Assembly: GCA_965250005.1 (NCBI GenBank)
Contig: OZ252279.1
Coordinates: forward strand, 1,830,001-1,862,000
Direction: 5' to 3'
Length of the DNA: 32,000 nt
DNA from: Demequinaceae bacterium
GTDB taxonomy: Bacteria > Actinomycetota > Actinomycetes > Actinomycetales > Demequinaceae
A model generated the notes under the pieces. That model worked only from the letters and a program-made list of their open reading frames with translations. It was not told where the DNA came from and did not search any database. Of the stretch, positions 20,753-30,352 are shown one piece after another (position 1 is the first letter of the stretch; every line of letters starts with the position of its first letter). The translations under genes and the position numbers were made by a program.

Positions 20753-21159
20753 TTAGGGAATCAGTATGCCTCGCAGTAGGCGACGACCACCGTGACGGCC
20801 TCCTCGACCGTGGTGAGGGTCGTCATGAACCGCTGCTGGGCGCCGTTCGATCGCCTGACGAGAACATCCGCGATCCCCACCTCCGCGTGCGTCTTGCTGA
20901 GCGCGCGCAGTCGGCACGTGGCGTCGGCGTCGGAATAGAGGAACACCTCGAACGTGGTGGACGCCTCCGTGGGGGAGACGATGCTGTAGCCCACGTCGCG
21001 CCATCGAACAGGCTTCTGGGACTGGTCCCAGCCAATCCAGGAGGCGAGGGCTAGGAACACGAGGGTCGCGGCACCCACGGCGATGCGACCGCCCCGGCTC
21101 ATGCGCGGCGGGCGGGCGGAGGACTCTTCGGCGTCGGCGGAAAGTGAATTGGTCATCAT
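20753..21159 (-). CDS. DUF4307-like single-TM protein
   Basis: One TM (IAVGAATLVFLALASWIGW) followed by KPVRWRDVGYSIVSPTEASTTFEVFLYSDADATCRLRALSKTHAEVG. Located upstream of greA, as seen in other actinobacteria. Confidence 0.75.
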
Positions 21160-21186
21160 GAGGCACGATAGTCCTAGGAGGCCACC

Positions 21187-21393
21187 ATGACGGTCATTGA
21201 CCAGACGATAGGCCCGGGATTGCCGGGTTTTCTTGTGACGTTCGCGCTTGTAGTTGCGGCTTGGCTATTGTTCCGATCGCTCACCAAGCACCTGCGCAAG
21301 GTCAACCACAGCGCAGATCCCGCCGCTCAGAAGAAATCAGGCGTTGTAGATGGCGATGCTCGCGGCAATGAAAGTGCAGACAAAGCCAACTAG
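21187..21393 (+). CDS. Small single-TM hypothetical protein
   Basis: 68 aa, one TM (GFLVTFALVVAAWLLFRSLTKHLRKVN). AGGAGG RBS upstream of ATG. Confidence 0.65.
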   Translation: MTVIDQTIGPGLPGFLVTFALVVAAWLLFRSLTKHLRKVNHSADPAAQKKSGVVDGDARGNESADKAN

Positions 21394-22068
21394 CGTGAGC
21401 GAGTGAAAAATCTCGTGGAACCCAAAGTACTTGGGAGACGGGTCCGGCCACTTGGTTCCGTAGATCACGGCACCTGCGGTGTAGGCGATACCTCCGGCCA
21501 CGATGAGCGACACCACTGCTGGCCCGCCGCTCTCGTAGAACGAGTCGGTGAACGCGATGGCGACCCAGCCGAGCCCCACGTACATGGGGACGTAGAGCCA
21601 GCGCGGCGCGCTGAGCCACAGAACGCGCATGAGCAGCCCGCCGATGGCCCCGGCCCACACAACGGACAGCGCGAGTATGGCGGTGTTCTTGGGCAGCAGC
21701 ATGACCGCCAGCGGCGTGTAGGTTCCCGCGATGATGAGGAAGATGTTTGAGTGGTCGATGCGGCGCAGCACGCCCGTGACCGTGGGGTCCCAGTTGCCGC
21801 GGTGGTAAACCGCTGAGGTGCCAAAGAGCAGCAGGGACGTGAACGCGAATACGGCGGCGGTGATCCGGCCAGCCAGTGTGGGGCCAGTAGCAACAAGCGC
21901 CAGGCCGGCGATCAGGACCACGGGCACGGCCCCCAGATGGAACCATCCGCGCAATAGCGGCTTGGAATCGGGCTGCGCGGAGGCCGGCTTCGAGCCTGTG
22001 GGCTTCTTGGGGGACGCGTGTGCGCTCACTGGTGGGGCCTTTCGGCGCGTAGTCTGGATCGTGCTCAT
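21337..22068 (-). CDS. Hemolysin III / PAQR-like family membrane protein
   Basis: Start ATG at 22068. SAVYHRGNWDPTVTGVLRRIDHSNIFLIIAGTYTPLAVMLL, GAVIYGTKWPDPSPKYFGFHEIFHSLTLVGF. Confidence 0.9.
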   Translation of the reverse strand: MSTIQTTRRKAPPVSAHASPKKPTGSKPASAQPDSKPLLRGWFHLGAVPVVLIAGLALVATGPTLAGRITAAVFAFTSLLLFGTSAVYHRGNWDPTVTGVLRRIDHSNIFLIIAGTYTPLAVMLLPKNTAILALSVVWAGAIGGLLMRVLWLSAPRWLYVPMYVGLGWVAIAFTDSFYESGGPAVVSLIVAGGIAYTAGAVIYGTKWPDPSPKYFGFHEIFHSLTLVGFVCTFIAASIAIYNA

Positions 22069-22152
22069 CGACCTACGATACCGTAGGTTAGCGCCCACCG
22101 GTAGCGTTGGTTTCTGAAACTTGCTGCCCCTTGCTGGAGAGAAAGAGAGCCG

Positions 22153-22917
22153 ATGCGCCTGCTGCAGCCGCTTTACGGCACGTATGAGCGGTTGCTCCTC
22201 CGTTCGCTCCGCCACGGCGAAAAGCTCCCGCGACACGTTGGCGTCATCCTCGACGGAAATCGACGCTGGGCAAAGCAGTCTGGCAACAGTGCCGCCCACG
22301 GGCACCGGCGCGGTGCAGGCAAGATTACTGAACTGCTTGAGTGGTCCACGGAGTCCGGGGTCGAGGTCGTCACACTGTGGATGCTCTCGACCGATAATCT
22401 CGAGCGCGACGTAGGCGAACTAGACGCGCTACTCGACATCATCGCCGAGGCGGTAGAGACCCTCGCGGCCGACGGCCGGTGGAAGCTGCAGTTGGTGGGC
22501 GCCCTCAACTTGCTTCCCGCCGCGGTCGCCAAGCGCCTCCAGGATTCTGTGGCGCTGACCTCCCAGAACGACGGCCTGCACGTAAACATCGCGGTGGGAT
22601 ACGGCGGTCGGCACGAGATCGCCGATGCCGTCCGATCGTTCCTAGCCGAGGGCGTCGACACCGGGCGCTCGCTCGAGCAGGTTGCGGAAGACTTCTCTGT
22701 TGAGCACATCGCAGAACACCTTTACACCAAGGGTCAGCCAGACCCGGATTTGGTGATTCGTACTTCGGGCGAGCAACGGCTTAGCGGCTTCCTCATGTGG
22801 CAAAGTGCGCACAGCGAGTTTTACTTTTGCGAGGCTTACTGGCCGGACTTTCGACACGTGGACTTCTTGCGCGCCGTCCGCTCGTACGCTCAGCGCGAGC
22901 GTCGCCGCGGCCGCTGA
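22153..22917 (+). CDS. uppS: Isoprenyl (cis-prenyl/undecaprenyl-type) diphosphate synthase
   Basis: HVGVILDGNRRWAKQSGNSAAHGHRRGAGKITELLEW, LWMLSTDNLER, PDLVIRTSGEQRLSGFLMWQSAHSEFYFCEAYWPDFRHVDFLRAVRSY. Product chain length cannot be inferred from sequence alone. Confidence 0.93.
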   Translation: MRLLQPLYGTYERLLLRSLRHGEKLPRHVGVILDGNRRWAKQSGNSAAHGHRRGAGKITELLEWSTESGVEVVTLWMLSTDNLERDVGELDALLDIIAEAVETLAADGRWKLQLVGALNLLPAAVAKRLQDSVALTSQNDGLHVNIAVGYGGRHEIADAVRSFLAEGVDTGRSLEQVAEDFSVEHIAEHLYTKGQPDPDLVIRTSGEQRLSGFLMWQSAHSEFYFCEAYWPDFRHVDFLRAVRSYAQRERRRGR

Positions 22918-23098
22918 CGCCTCCGCGTTGATTCGGCAACGATTCGGTGAACCTTGCCCCCCTGGTCGGCGTGTTGCCTCCCATGACGCGCGGCCGCGCG
23001 TACCGTCAGGAACGTGTTAGGTAAGCCTCTGGACACATGACGACCACCGCCGCGGGGCGGATGGTTCCCCGCGGCCCGACCGCAGTTAGGGAGCCCCC

Positions 23099-24457
23099 GT
23101 GACCACTACCTCCACATCGGCACAGACCGCCAAGAAGAGCGCCACCAAAGTGCGCACCCTGGTGATTGACACGTCCGTCCTGCTATCGGACCCGCGTGCC
23201 ACGTTGCGGTTCGCGGAGCACGCGGTTGTGCTGCCAGTCGTGGTGATTACGGAACTCGAGGCTAAGCGGGATCACCCGGAACTGGGGTACTTTGCGCGAT
23301 CGGCGCTCAGGCTGCTTGACGAACTGCGTCTGGAAAACGGCCATCTCGATCAGGCCGTGCCTGCGAATGACGAGGGCGGTACGGTCCGCGTTGAGCTCAA
23401 CCACACCGACACCGGTGTGCTCCCCTCCGGATTCCGCCTAGGAGACAACGACACTCGTATCCTCGCGGTGGCGGCCAACCTTGCGGCCGAGGGCCACAAC
23501 GTGACGGTGGTGACCAAGGACCTGCCCATGCGCGTGAAGGCCGCCGCTCTGGGCATGGACGCCGAGGAGTATCGCAACGATCTCGCCGTTGATTCCGGCT
23601 GGACCGGCATGCGCGAGATTCAGATGACCGACCGGCAGGTGGACGCGCTCTACGCGGGCGGGACTGTGGCTACGCCATCCGAGGCGGACAGCGGCGAGGA
23701 CCTGAAGGCGCTGCCAGTCCATACCGGACTGGTGATTCACGCCCCCGGCGGCTCGGCACTTGGTCGGCGTAGCCGCGACGGCGCGATTCAGTTGGTGCGC
23801 GGCGATCAAGAAATCTTTGGTCTGCATGGCCGTAGCGCCGAGCAGCGGATCGCGATCGACTTGCTGATGGACGAGTCCATTGGCATCATCTCGATGGGCG
23901 GCCGCGCGGGAACCGGCAAGAGCGCCCTCGCGCTGTGTGCCGGACTTGAGGCCGTGATGGAACGCCAGCAGCACAAGAAAATCATCGTTTTCCGGCCGCT
24001 GTTCGCCGTGGGTGGCCAGGAACTCGGCTACCTGCCCGGCTCCGAGCTCGAGAAGATGAATCCGTGGGCACAAGCGGTGTTCGACACGCTCGGCGCGACC
24101 GTCTCGTCCGAGGTGGTTGAAGAGGTCATGGACCGCGGGATGCTCGAGGTGCTCCCGCTCACGCACATCCGCGGGCGGTCGCTGCACGACGCCTTCGTGA
24201 TCGTCGACGAGGCGCAGTCGCTCGAGCGCAACGTGCTGCTCACCATGCTCAGCCGCATCGGCCAGTCCTCGCGAGTGGTGCTCACCCATGACGTGGCGCA
24301 GCGAGACAACCTGCGCGTGGGCAGGCACGACGGAGTCGCCGCAGTCATCGAGGCGTTGAAGGGACATGAGCTCTTCGCTCACGTGACCCTTGAGCGTTCG
24401 GAGCGGTCCGCGATTGCCGCCTTGGTGACGGATATGCTGGAGCGCCTAGACCTCTAG
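23099..24457 (+). CDS. phoH2: PIN domain-PhoH fusion (PhoH-like ATPase/ribonuclease)
   Basis: N-terminal PIN domain ([56 protein letters not shown]) and C-terminal PhoH P-loop ([26 protein letters not shown]; [23 protein letters not shown]). Confidence 0.94.
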   Translation: MTTTSTSAQTAKKSATKVRTLVIDTSVLLSDPRATLRFAEHAVVLPVVVITELEAKRDHPELGYFARSALRLLDELRLENGHLDQAVPANDEGGTVRVELNHTDTGVLPSGFRLGDNDTRILAVAANLAAEGHNVTVVTKDLPMRVKAAALGMDAEEYRNDLAVDSGWTGMREIQMTDRQVDALYAGGTVATPSEADSGEDLKALPVHTGLVIHAPGGSALGRRSRDGAIQLVRGDQEIFGLHGRSAEQRIAIDLLMDESIGIISMGGRAGTGKSALALCAGLEAVMERQQHKKIIVFRPLFAVGGQELGYLPGSELEKMNPWAQAVFDTLGATVSSEVVEEVMDRGMLEVLPLTHIRGRSLHDAFVIVDEAQSLERNVLLTMLSRIGQSSRVVLTHDVAQRDNLRVGRHDGVAAVIEALKGHELFAHVTLERSERSAIAALVTDMLERLDL

Positions 24458-24488
24458 TCGCTGTCCCGTATCTGTTCGAGGGGAACTG

Positions 24489-25109
24489 ATGAATGTTGTT
24501 TCCGCGCTGGCGCGCATCGCCGTCGCGAGCGTCGCCGTGTTCTCGACGTACCGAACACTTGCGGTCGACAGCCCCGAGTCATGGGATAAGTTCACCATTC
24601 AGTCGAATGTCATCATGGCCCTCGTATTCATGTGGGCCGCGTGGGCTTTGCTCGCGAAGCGCAAATTGCCACCCGCCTGGATTGAAGGCGCCGCTGTTCT
24701 GTACCTGGCCATCATCGGCGTTATCTCCAGGTTCTTTCTCCAGGACGATCGCACTTTCCCGCAGATCCTGTTCGGCCTGACGAACAGTGACCTGCTCCAC
24801 CTGGTGACGCCCATTGGTGCACTCGCTGTGTGGCTAATCTTCGCGCCTCATCGGCGAATCAAATGGCGGTTCACCCTGCTCTGGCTGACGTATACGGTGG
24901 TCTATCTGGGGGTGTTCCTGACGCGCGGGATCGTGGTCGACAGCGCAGGCTTCCCCTACCCGTTTATGGATCTTGAGCTCCACGGATGGCGAGGTCTTGC
25001 CGAGAACTTCGCACTCTTTTTTGGGGCCTCCGCCATCATGGGCGCCCTGATCATCGCGATCGACAAGTTGCTCCCAACGCGCACAATCCTGACGGGTGGG
25101 CAACACTAG
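24489..25109 (+). CDS. Pr6Pr family membrane protein
   Basis: Six predicted TM segments; FTIQSNVIMALVFMWAAWAL, LHLVTPIGALAVWLIFAPH, YPFMDLELHGW. Homologous to the next ORF. Confidence 0.78.
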   Translation: MNVVSALARIAVASVAVFSTYRTLAVDSPESWDKFTIQSNVIMALVFMWAAWALLAKRKLPPAWIEGAAVLYLAIIGVISRFFLQDDRTFPQILFGLTNSDLLHLVTPIGALAVWLIFAPHRRIKWRFTLLWLTYTVVYLGVFLTRGIVVDSAGFPYPFMDLELHGWRGLAENFALFFGASAIMGALIIAIDKLLPTRTILTGGQH

Positions 25110-25797
25110 GGTAATGCCCTGGCAGAACGTAGTCTCCGTGGTCCTGCGCATTGCCCTTGCGGGAATTGCCGTCTTCACCGTCGGGGTGTCCATCTACGCC
25201 GGTGGGCCGGCAGCGCTCCTGGCCTTCACGGTGCAGTCCAACCTGATGCTCGCGGTGTCATTCGCGTGGACAGCGTGGACGCTCATCCGTGACACCCGCA
25301 CGCCGCCGGAGTGGCTAGCCGGCAGCGCAGTCTTTTACATTGTGATCACGGGTGTGGTGTTCAACTTTGTGCTCAGCCCCGGGTCATTTGGCGACGGCCA
25401 AGACCTGCTGTTTGGCCTCAACAATTCGCAACTCGCGCACGCGGTGGTACCGATTGGCGCGCTGGTGGTGTGGGTGTTGTTCGCCGAGCATCGCCGCATT
25501 CCGTGGGGGTACGTGGTCAAGTGGCTCGTGTACGTGGTCGCGTACATTGCGCTACTGTTCGGCGCGATCGCCGTGGGCGCGGATGCTCCCTATCCGTTCC
25601 TGGACGTGGACGAGCTTGGCTGGGGCGCGGCGCTCGCAAATGTCGCACTGTACCTAGCGTGGTTTTTTGCGCTGTCCGCCGCCGTCGTGGGAATCGACAA
25701 GGCGCTACCCGCGCGGGGCCCACTCAGCGAGTTTGATCGCCACGACCAGCGAGCGTCGGGTCTACGCGTCGGGCGTGAGAACGTCGAGTCCGTATAG
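25096..25797 (+). CDS. Pr6Pr family membrane protein (tandem paralogue)
   Basis: LLAFTVQSNLMLAVSFAWTAW, LAHAVVPIGALVVWVLFAEHRRIPW, YPFLDVDELGWG. Overlaps the preceding gene by 14 nt and converges on/overlaps hemA by 36 nt. Confidence 0.78.
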   Translation: MGNTRVMPWQNVVSVVLRIALAGIAVFTVGVSIYAGGPAALLAFTVQSNLMLAVSFAWTAWTLIRDTRTPPEWLAGSAVFYIVITGVVFNFVLSPGSFGDGQDLLFGLNNSQLAHAVVPIGALVVWVLFAEHRRIPWGYVVKWLVYVVAYIALLFGAIAVGADAPYPFLDVDELGWGAALANVALYLAWFFALSAAVVGIDKALPARGPLSEFDRHDQRASGLRVGRENVESV

Positions 25798-27021
25798 CGC
25801 GCGGATCGCATCGAGGTACTGATCCACCGTTCCCTCTTTGGCATGCGTTTGCGCGCGCACCGTGGGTGTGTGCAGCAGGGTTCGCGCGAAGCGCCGTAGC
25901 GCCTCTTCCGTCTGCTCAGCGGATGCTACTTGATCGGCGGGCGCGCCGGGGCGCGGGCGCACCTTCGCGATTTCCGTCTCCAGCAGCCCAAAGACGTGTT
26001 CTCTCAGCGCTACGACTGCGGGGTCGAGGACACGAGCGTGCTCCCCGTGCCCGAATCGCGCGACTGCTTGCGCCACCAGTGCCCGCGCGGACTCCACGCT
26101 CTGTGGACTCTCGTCCGGAGCGTGAGCGGCCACTTCGGTCAGGTCCACCACGGTGACGCCGCGCATGTCAGCAACCCCGGGCGCCACGTCGCGGTGGAGT
26201 GCCAGGTCAACGATCGTGAGCTTGCGCGGCCGCGCTTTGAGCGCGGCGGCGATCAGTGTCGGAGTCAGGACGATGCCCTCACCTCCCGAACACGCCAGCA
26301 CCACGTCGGCTCTCGCCAGAGCGCCAGCCAGATCTTCGAGCGGCACATCGTCAAGGGCGAAGAGTTCTCCGAATTCCGCGCCGCGTCCCGAAGGTGAGAA
26401 GACGCCAAAGACGTTCGCTCCGCGCGCATTCAGCAGGCCAACGCCTGTCGCGGCGAGCGCGCCCGTTCCGATCAGCAGTGCCTCTGCCCCGTCCCACTCG
26501 CGCAGCCCGTCGGCTAGGTCAAAGGCGACCGAGACGACCGACCGACCGGACGTGCCGAGCCCTGTGTGGGCCGCGACCTCTCGCGAGACCTGAAGCGCGG
26601 ATTGGAACAGGCGATCGAGGTGTGCAGAGAGGTGCCCTGCGGCGTGGGCGCTGGTGTATACCCGACGCACCTGGCCGGAGATTTCTCGCTCGCCCACGAC
26701 CATGGACTCGAGGCCGGAGGCCACGGACATGAGGTGTTGGGCGGTGTCGTCTCCCGTCAGGGTGATGAGCGCCGCGTCAACGGCTGGCAAGTCCAGCGCG
26801 GCGCGCGCCGCGATCGCTTCCAGCGCGCAGGCCCGCGCCGTGGCCACGTCGTCCGTGTCGAGGTAGACCTCGAAGCGGTTGCACGTAGGCAGGACGGCAG
26901 CGCCGACGATGCTCTCGCACCGCTCCACGAGCGCGGCAGAAAGCGTCTCAGCGCCCACGCTGAGCTGTTCGAGCACGGCGAGGTCGCGATTGTGGTGCGA
27001 GGCGACGAGGGCAACGAGCAT
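25762..27021 (-). CDS. hemA: Glutamyl-tRNA reductase
   Basis: LPTCNRFEVYLDTDD, GLESMVVGEREISGQVRRVYTSAHAAG, LDRLFQSALQVSREVAAHTGLG, VSVAFDLA. Confidence 0.92.
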   Translation of the reverse strand: MLVALVASHHNRDLAVLEQLSVGAETLSAALVERCESIVGAAVLPTCNRFEVYLDTDDVATARACALEAIAARAALDLPAVDAALITLTGDDTAQHLMSVASGLESMVVGEREISGQVRRVYTSAHAAGHLSAHLDRLFQSALQVSREVAAHTGLGTSGRSVVSVAFDLADGLREWDGAEALLIGTGALAATGVGLLNARGANVFGVFSPSGRGAEFGELFALDDVPLEDLAGALARADVVLACSGGEGIVLTPTLIAAALKARPRKLTIVDLALHRDVAPGVADMRGVTVVDLTEVAAHAPDESPQSVESARALVAQAVARFGHGEHARVLDPAVVALREHVFGLLETEIAKVRPRPGAPADQVASAEQTEEALRRFARTLLHTPTVRAQTHAKEGTVDQYLDAIRALYGLDVLTPDA

Positions 27022-27083
27022 CTGCCTATTGTGCCAGTGCGCGAGGACGAACCCACGCCGCGGGCCCGGATTTGTGCGAGCGC

Positions 27084-28481
27084 CTAGGCGTCGCCCGTCA
27101 TTGACGTGACGTCCAGCAGCTCGTCCAGTCGCGCCTCGGTGATCTCACCGCGCTCCACGAATCCGAGCGCAATGGCAGATTCGCGCACTGTCTTGCCCTC
27201 GGCGACGGCGTGCTTGGCGATCTTCGCGGCGCTCTCGTAGCCGATGACGCGGTTCAGGGGCGTCACCACGCTCGGGCTTGCCTCGGCGTAGCGGCGGGCG
27301 CGTTCCGCATTCGCGGTGATGCCAGCGATGGTCTTGTCCGCCAGGGCGCGGGACGCGCTGCTCAGCAGGCGTAACGACTCGAGCGTCCCGAGCGCCATGA
27401 CGGGAATCTGCACGTTGAGTTCGAACGATCCGGATGCGCCCGCCCACGCGACGGTGGCGTCGTTTCCCACGACCCGAGAGCAGACCATGAGTACGGCCTC
27501 GGGGATCACGGGATTAACCTTGCCGGGCATGATCGAAGACCCCGGTTGGAGGTCAGGAAGCTGAATTTCGGCCAGGCCGGTGTTGGGGCCCGAGCCCATC
27601 CAGCGCAGGTCATTGCAGATCTTGGTGAGGCTCACGGCGACGACCCGCAGCGCGCCGCTCAATTCTACCAAACCATCGCGCGCGGACTGCGCCTCAAAGT
27701 GGTCCCGAGCCTCGGTGAGTGGAAGCCCGGTGTCCTCAGCGAGAAGAACGATCACTCGGGCGGCAAACCCGTCAGGAGTGTTGATCCCGGTGCCCACCGC
27801 TGTTCCACCCAGGGGAACCTCGCCCACGCGAGGAAGCGCCGCCTCCACGCGCTCGATACCGTGGCGGACCGCGGCGGCGTAGCCCCCGAACTCCTGGCCG
27901 AGCGTGACAGGAGTTGCGTCCATGAGGTGGGTCCGGCCGGACTTCACGACGGTGGCGAACTTCGCGGACTTGGCCTCGAGCGCGTTCGCGAGATGCCTGA
28001 GGGCAGGCACAAGGTCGTTGACCACACCAGCGGTGGCGGCCACATGAACGGAAGTCGGGAAGACGTCGTTCGAGGACTGGGAGGCGTTCACGTGGTCGTT
28101 CGGATGAACGTCTGACCCGAGCGCGGTCGTGGCAAGTGTCGCGAGGACCTCATTCATGTTCATGTTTGACGAGGTGCCGGAGCCCGTTTGGAATACGTCG
28201 ACGGGGAAGTGCGCGTCGTGGTGGCCCGCGGCTACTTGGTCGGCGGCACCAACGATGGCGTCGGCGATGCTGCGGTCAATGACGCCGAGCTCGGCGTTAG
28301 CCAGTGCCGCCGCTTTCTTGACCTGCGCCAGCGCCTCGATGTGACTTCGCTCGAGTCCGCGACCCGAGATAGGGAAGTTTTCCACAGCCCGCTGCGTCTG
28401 CGCGCGGTAGAGGGCATCCATGGGAACGCGGACCTCGCCCATGGTGTCGTGCTCGATGCGGTAAGCGGGATCGGCTGCCAT
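27084..28481 (-). CDS. fumC: Class II fumarate hydratase
   Basis: 465 aa from ATG at 28481. [64 protein letters not shown] and fumarase signature [11 protein letters not shown]. Confidence 0.97.
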   Translation of the reverse strand: MAADPAYRIEHDTMGEVRVPMDALYRAQTQRAVENFPISGRGLERSHIEALAQVKKAAALANAELGVIDRSIADAIVGAADQVAAGHHDAHFPVDVFQTGSGTSSNMNMNEVLATLATTALGSDVHPNDHVNASQSSNDVFPTSVHVAATAGVVNDLVPALRHLANALEAKSAKFATVVKSGRTHLMDATPVTLGQEFGGYAAAVRHGIERVEAALPRVGEVPLGGTAVGTGINTPDGFAARVIVLLAEDTGLPLTEARDHFEAQSARDGLVELSGALRVVAVSLTKICNDLRWMGSGPNTGLAEIQLPDLQPGSSIMPGKVNPVIPEAVLMVCSRVVGNDATVAWAGASGSFELNVQIPVMALGTLESLRLLSSASRALADKTIAGITANAERARRYAEASPSVVTPLNRVIGYESAAKIAKHAVAEGKTVRESAIALGFVERGEITEARLDELLDVTSMTGDA

Positions 28482-28508
28482 GCCCTCATTGTGGCAGGTG
28501 CACACGGC

Positions 28509-28531
28509 AATGCCCCTAATTGTGGGGCATT
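28509..28531. promoter_or_regulatory. Perfect 8-bp dyad AATGCCCC-N7-GGGGCATT, candidate operator in the divergent intergenic region
   Basis: Read directly: aatgcccc taattgt ggggcatt, 28 bp upstream of the fumC start and ~99 bp upstream of the 28630 gene. Confidence 0.4.
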
Positions 28532-28629
28532 CTCGCGTCATGATGGGGCCCCTGGGCCCTCTCATTAGGTGAAAGTCCAATGACGCGCGCAAGGACTTAT
28601 CCGCGCGCAAGACGCTGAGGAGAGTTCCG

Positions 28630-29013
28630 ATGGCCGCGACAAACACCGAGACTGCCACGCCCGAGTCCCGTGCCGCTTTTGGAGACCTGTCTGGCGAGGA
28701 GTTCATGACGCTAGTGCAGTCTCGGGATGTTTCGGCGCGGGTCGCAGCCGCTGGCCGCGAAGATGCGCCGCTCGGCGTTCTCGTCTCATTTGCGCAGGAC
28801 CGCAAGACAGAGGTTCGCGTGGCGGTCGCGACAAACACGGTCATTGGTCGCTCGCCTTCGGTTCAGTCCGTGCTCGCCGAAGACCGCGCCGTCGAGGTTG
28901 CGCGCGCGCTCATCCGCAACAGTGCCGTGTCGCGCTCGACCGTGGATCTGCTCTCCAAGGAGGGACCGCGGGCTGCTCGCTCGGAGGCGGCGGCCCGACT
29001 GGTGGCGGCCTAG
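28630..29013 (+). CDS. Small alpha-helical repeat protein, LRV/HEAT-like (variant leucine-rich repeat)
   Basis: 127 aa. Repeated ~24-28 residue units such as [36 protein letters not shown].../[23 protein letters not shown]. Homologous to the 30353..30793 product. Confidence 0.72.
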   Translation: MAATNTETATPESRAAFGDLSGEEFMTLVQSRDVSARVAAAGREDAPLGVLVSFAQDRKTEVRVAVATNTVIGRSPSVQSVLAEDRAVEVARALIRNSAVSRSTVDLLSKEGPRAARSEAAARLVAA

Positions 29014-29933
29014 CCTTCGCCCAGGTCGGCTCTCGTGGGAGGGTTCGCGCCCTTGCGTGAAACGGTGATCGCTGCAATACCGACGCAACGGTTTAGCACG
29101 TAGTTGAGCATCTCACTGTCGATTTTTCCGAGCCACTCGCGTTTGTCCGCTCCCAGGAGGCTCGCTCCCCAGAGGCCGTCGATCAATCCGGACATGAAGG
29201 AGTCTCCGGCGCCCACGGTGTCCGCCACCTTCACGCGCGGCGCGGTGACGTCAAGCTTGCGGCCGTCTCTGGTGAACGCTGTGGCCCCCTTGCCTCTGCG
29301 GGTCACGACAACGAGTGCCGGCCCCATGTTGAGCCAGTGGCGGGCCTGGTCCTCAACAGATGTGTCGTCGTGGAGCCACTCGAGATCTTCGTCGCTGACT
29401 TTCACAACGTCTGAGACTTCGATCATCTGGTCGACGAGTGCGCTGGCAGTGATGGGGTTCCCCATGAGGGACGGGCGAATGTTGGGGTCGTACGTGATGG
29501 TCGCGGTCCCGCGAGATTTCCGGATGATGTCTCGAGCCGTCTCGCTGCCGGGACGCAGAATCGCGGCGATGGACCCGGTGTGCACGATGACCGGCCGGCG
29601 CGTTGTTGCGGCGCCAGGATTAAGAGCCCACTGCAGATCGAATTCGTACGATGCCGCGCCTGCCTGGTCGATTGTCGCGCTGGAGATCGAGGTGCGCAGA
29701 GCAGACTCCGATCCCTTAACCAACTCGACACCTGCGTCTTCCATGTGCTCGCGGATGTCGCGGCCATTGTCGTCGAGGCCGATCCACGTGAGCAGTTCGA
29801 CTTTGCGTTCGAGCCGCGCGAGCCCGATCGCGACATTCGCCGGGGATCCCCCCACGAAGGACTCGGTGGTGCCGTCGGCGCGCCGGACCAGATCAATGAG
29901 CGCTTCGCCTATGACGAGGGCGTGATCGCTCAC
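29010..29933 (-). CDS. PfkB-family carbohydrate kinase (fructokinase-like)
   Basis: GEALIDLVRRADGTTESFVGGSPANVAIGLARL and VADTVGAGDSFMSGLIDGLWG motifs. GTG start overlaps the xseB stop. Confidence 0.93.
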   Translation of the reverse strand: MSDHALVIGEALIDLVRRADGTTESFVGGSPANVAIGLARLERKVELLTWIGLDDNGRDIREHMEDAGVELVKGSESALRTSISSATIDQAGAASYEFDLQWALNPGAATTRRPVIVHTGSIAAILRPGSETARDIIRKSRGTATITYDPNIRPSLMGNPITASALVDQMIEVSDVVKVSDEDLEWLHDDTSVEDQARHWLNMGPALVVVTRRGKGATAFTRDGRKLDVTAPRVKVADTVGAGDSFMSGLIDGLWGASLLGADKREWLGKIDSEMLNYVLNRCVGIAAITVSRKGANPPTRADLGEG

Positions 29934-30208
29934 TCGGATTCATCTTCGGTTGCGATTGCCACGATGCCTGCGTCGGCCGTGTCGTGGTCTGCGAGGTTGT
30001 CATCGCTGAGGGAGCGAACGTCCGTGATGCGGTCGCGCGCGCCCTCGAGGAGCTGTTGGCATCGAACGGCTAGCGCCTCGCCTCGCTCCCAGAGCGTGAG
30101 CGAATCCTCAAGGGTCACCTCGCCGGCTTCCAACTTGGCGACGATCACCACGAGTTCATCGCGGGCTTGTTCGTACGTGAGGTTCTCGATTTCGACGGGC
30201 GTATTCAC
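29930..30208 (-). CDS. xseB: Exodeoxyribonuclease VII small subunit
   Basis: ENLTYEQARDELVVIVAKLEAGEVTLEDSLTLWERGEALAVRCQQLLEGARDRI; GTG start. Confidence 0.92.
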   Translation of the reverse strand: MNTPVEIENLTYEQARDELVVIVAKLEAGEVTLEDSLTLWERGEALAVRCQQLLEGARDRITDVRSLSDDNLADHDTADAGIVAIATEDESE

Positions 30209-30352
30209 GCCATCACGCTACAACCTCGCGGCGCACTCTTGTGGAGAAATCCTGCCAGTGCCAACATTCTTGTGAAAAACCGCGTCATAAGAGCACAGGT
30301 CACGCCTCTCATTACATATAGAGCTACATCAGTACACAATGGGGTGAACGAC

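Noticed and set aside
23438-24382. 314-aa minus-strand ORF opposite PIN-PhoH
   Set aside because: Same high-GC antisense artefact; PhoH frame is unequivocal.
26566-27087. Plus-strand ORFs opposite hemA
   Set aside because: Antisense to hemA and lacking domain signatures.
27546-28568. Plus-strand ORFs opposite fumC
   Set aside because: Fumarase motifs on the minus strand explain this interval; no RBS or motif supports the antisense frames.
30167-30352. N-terminal extension of the 30167..30793 ORF
   Set aside because: Overlaps xseB start region and has no similarity to the paralogous repeat protein. The ATG at 30353 fits the homologous region better.
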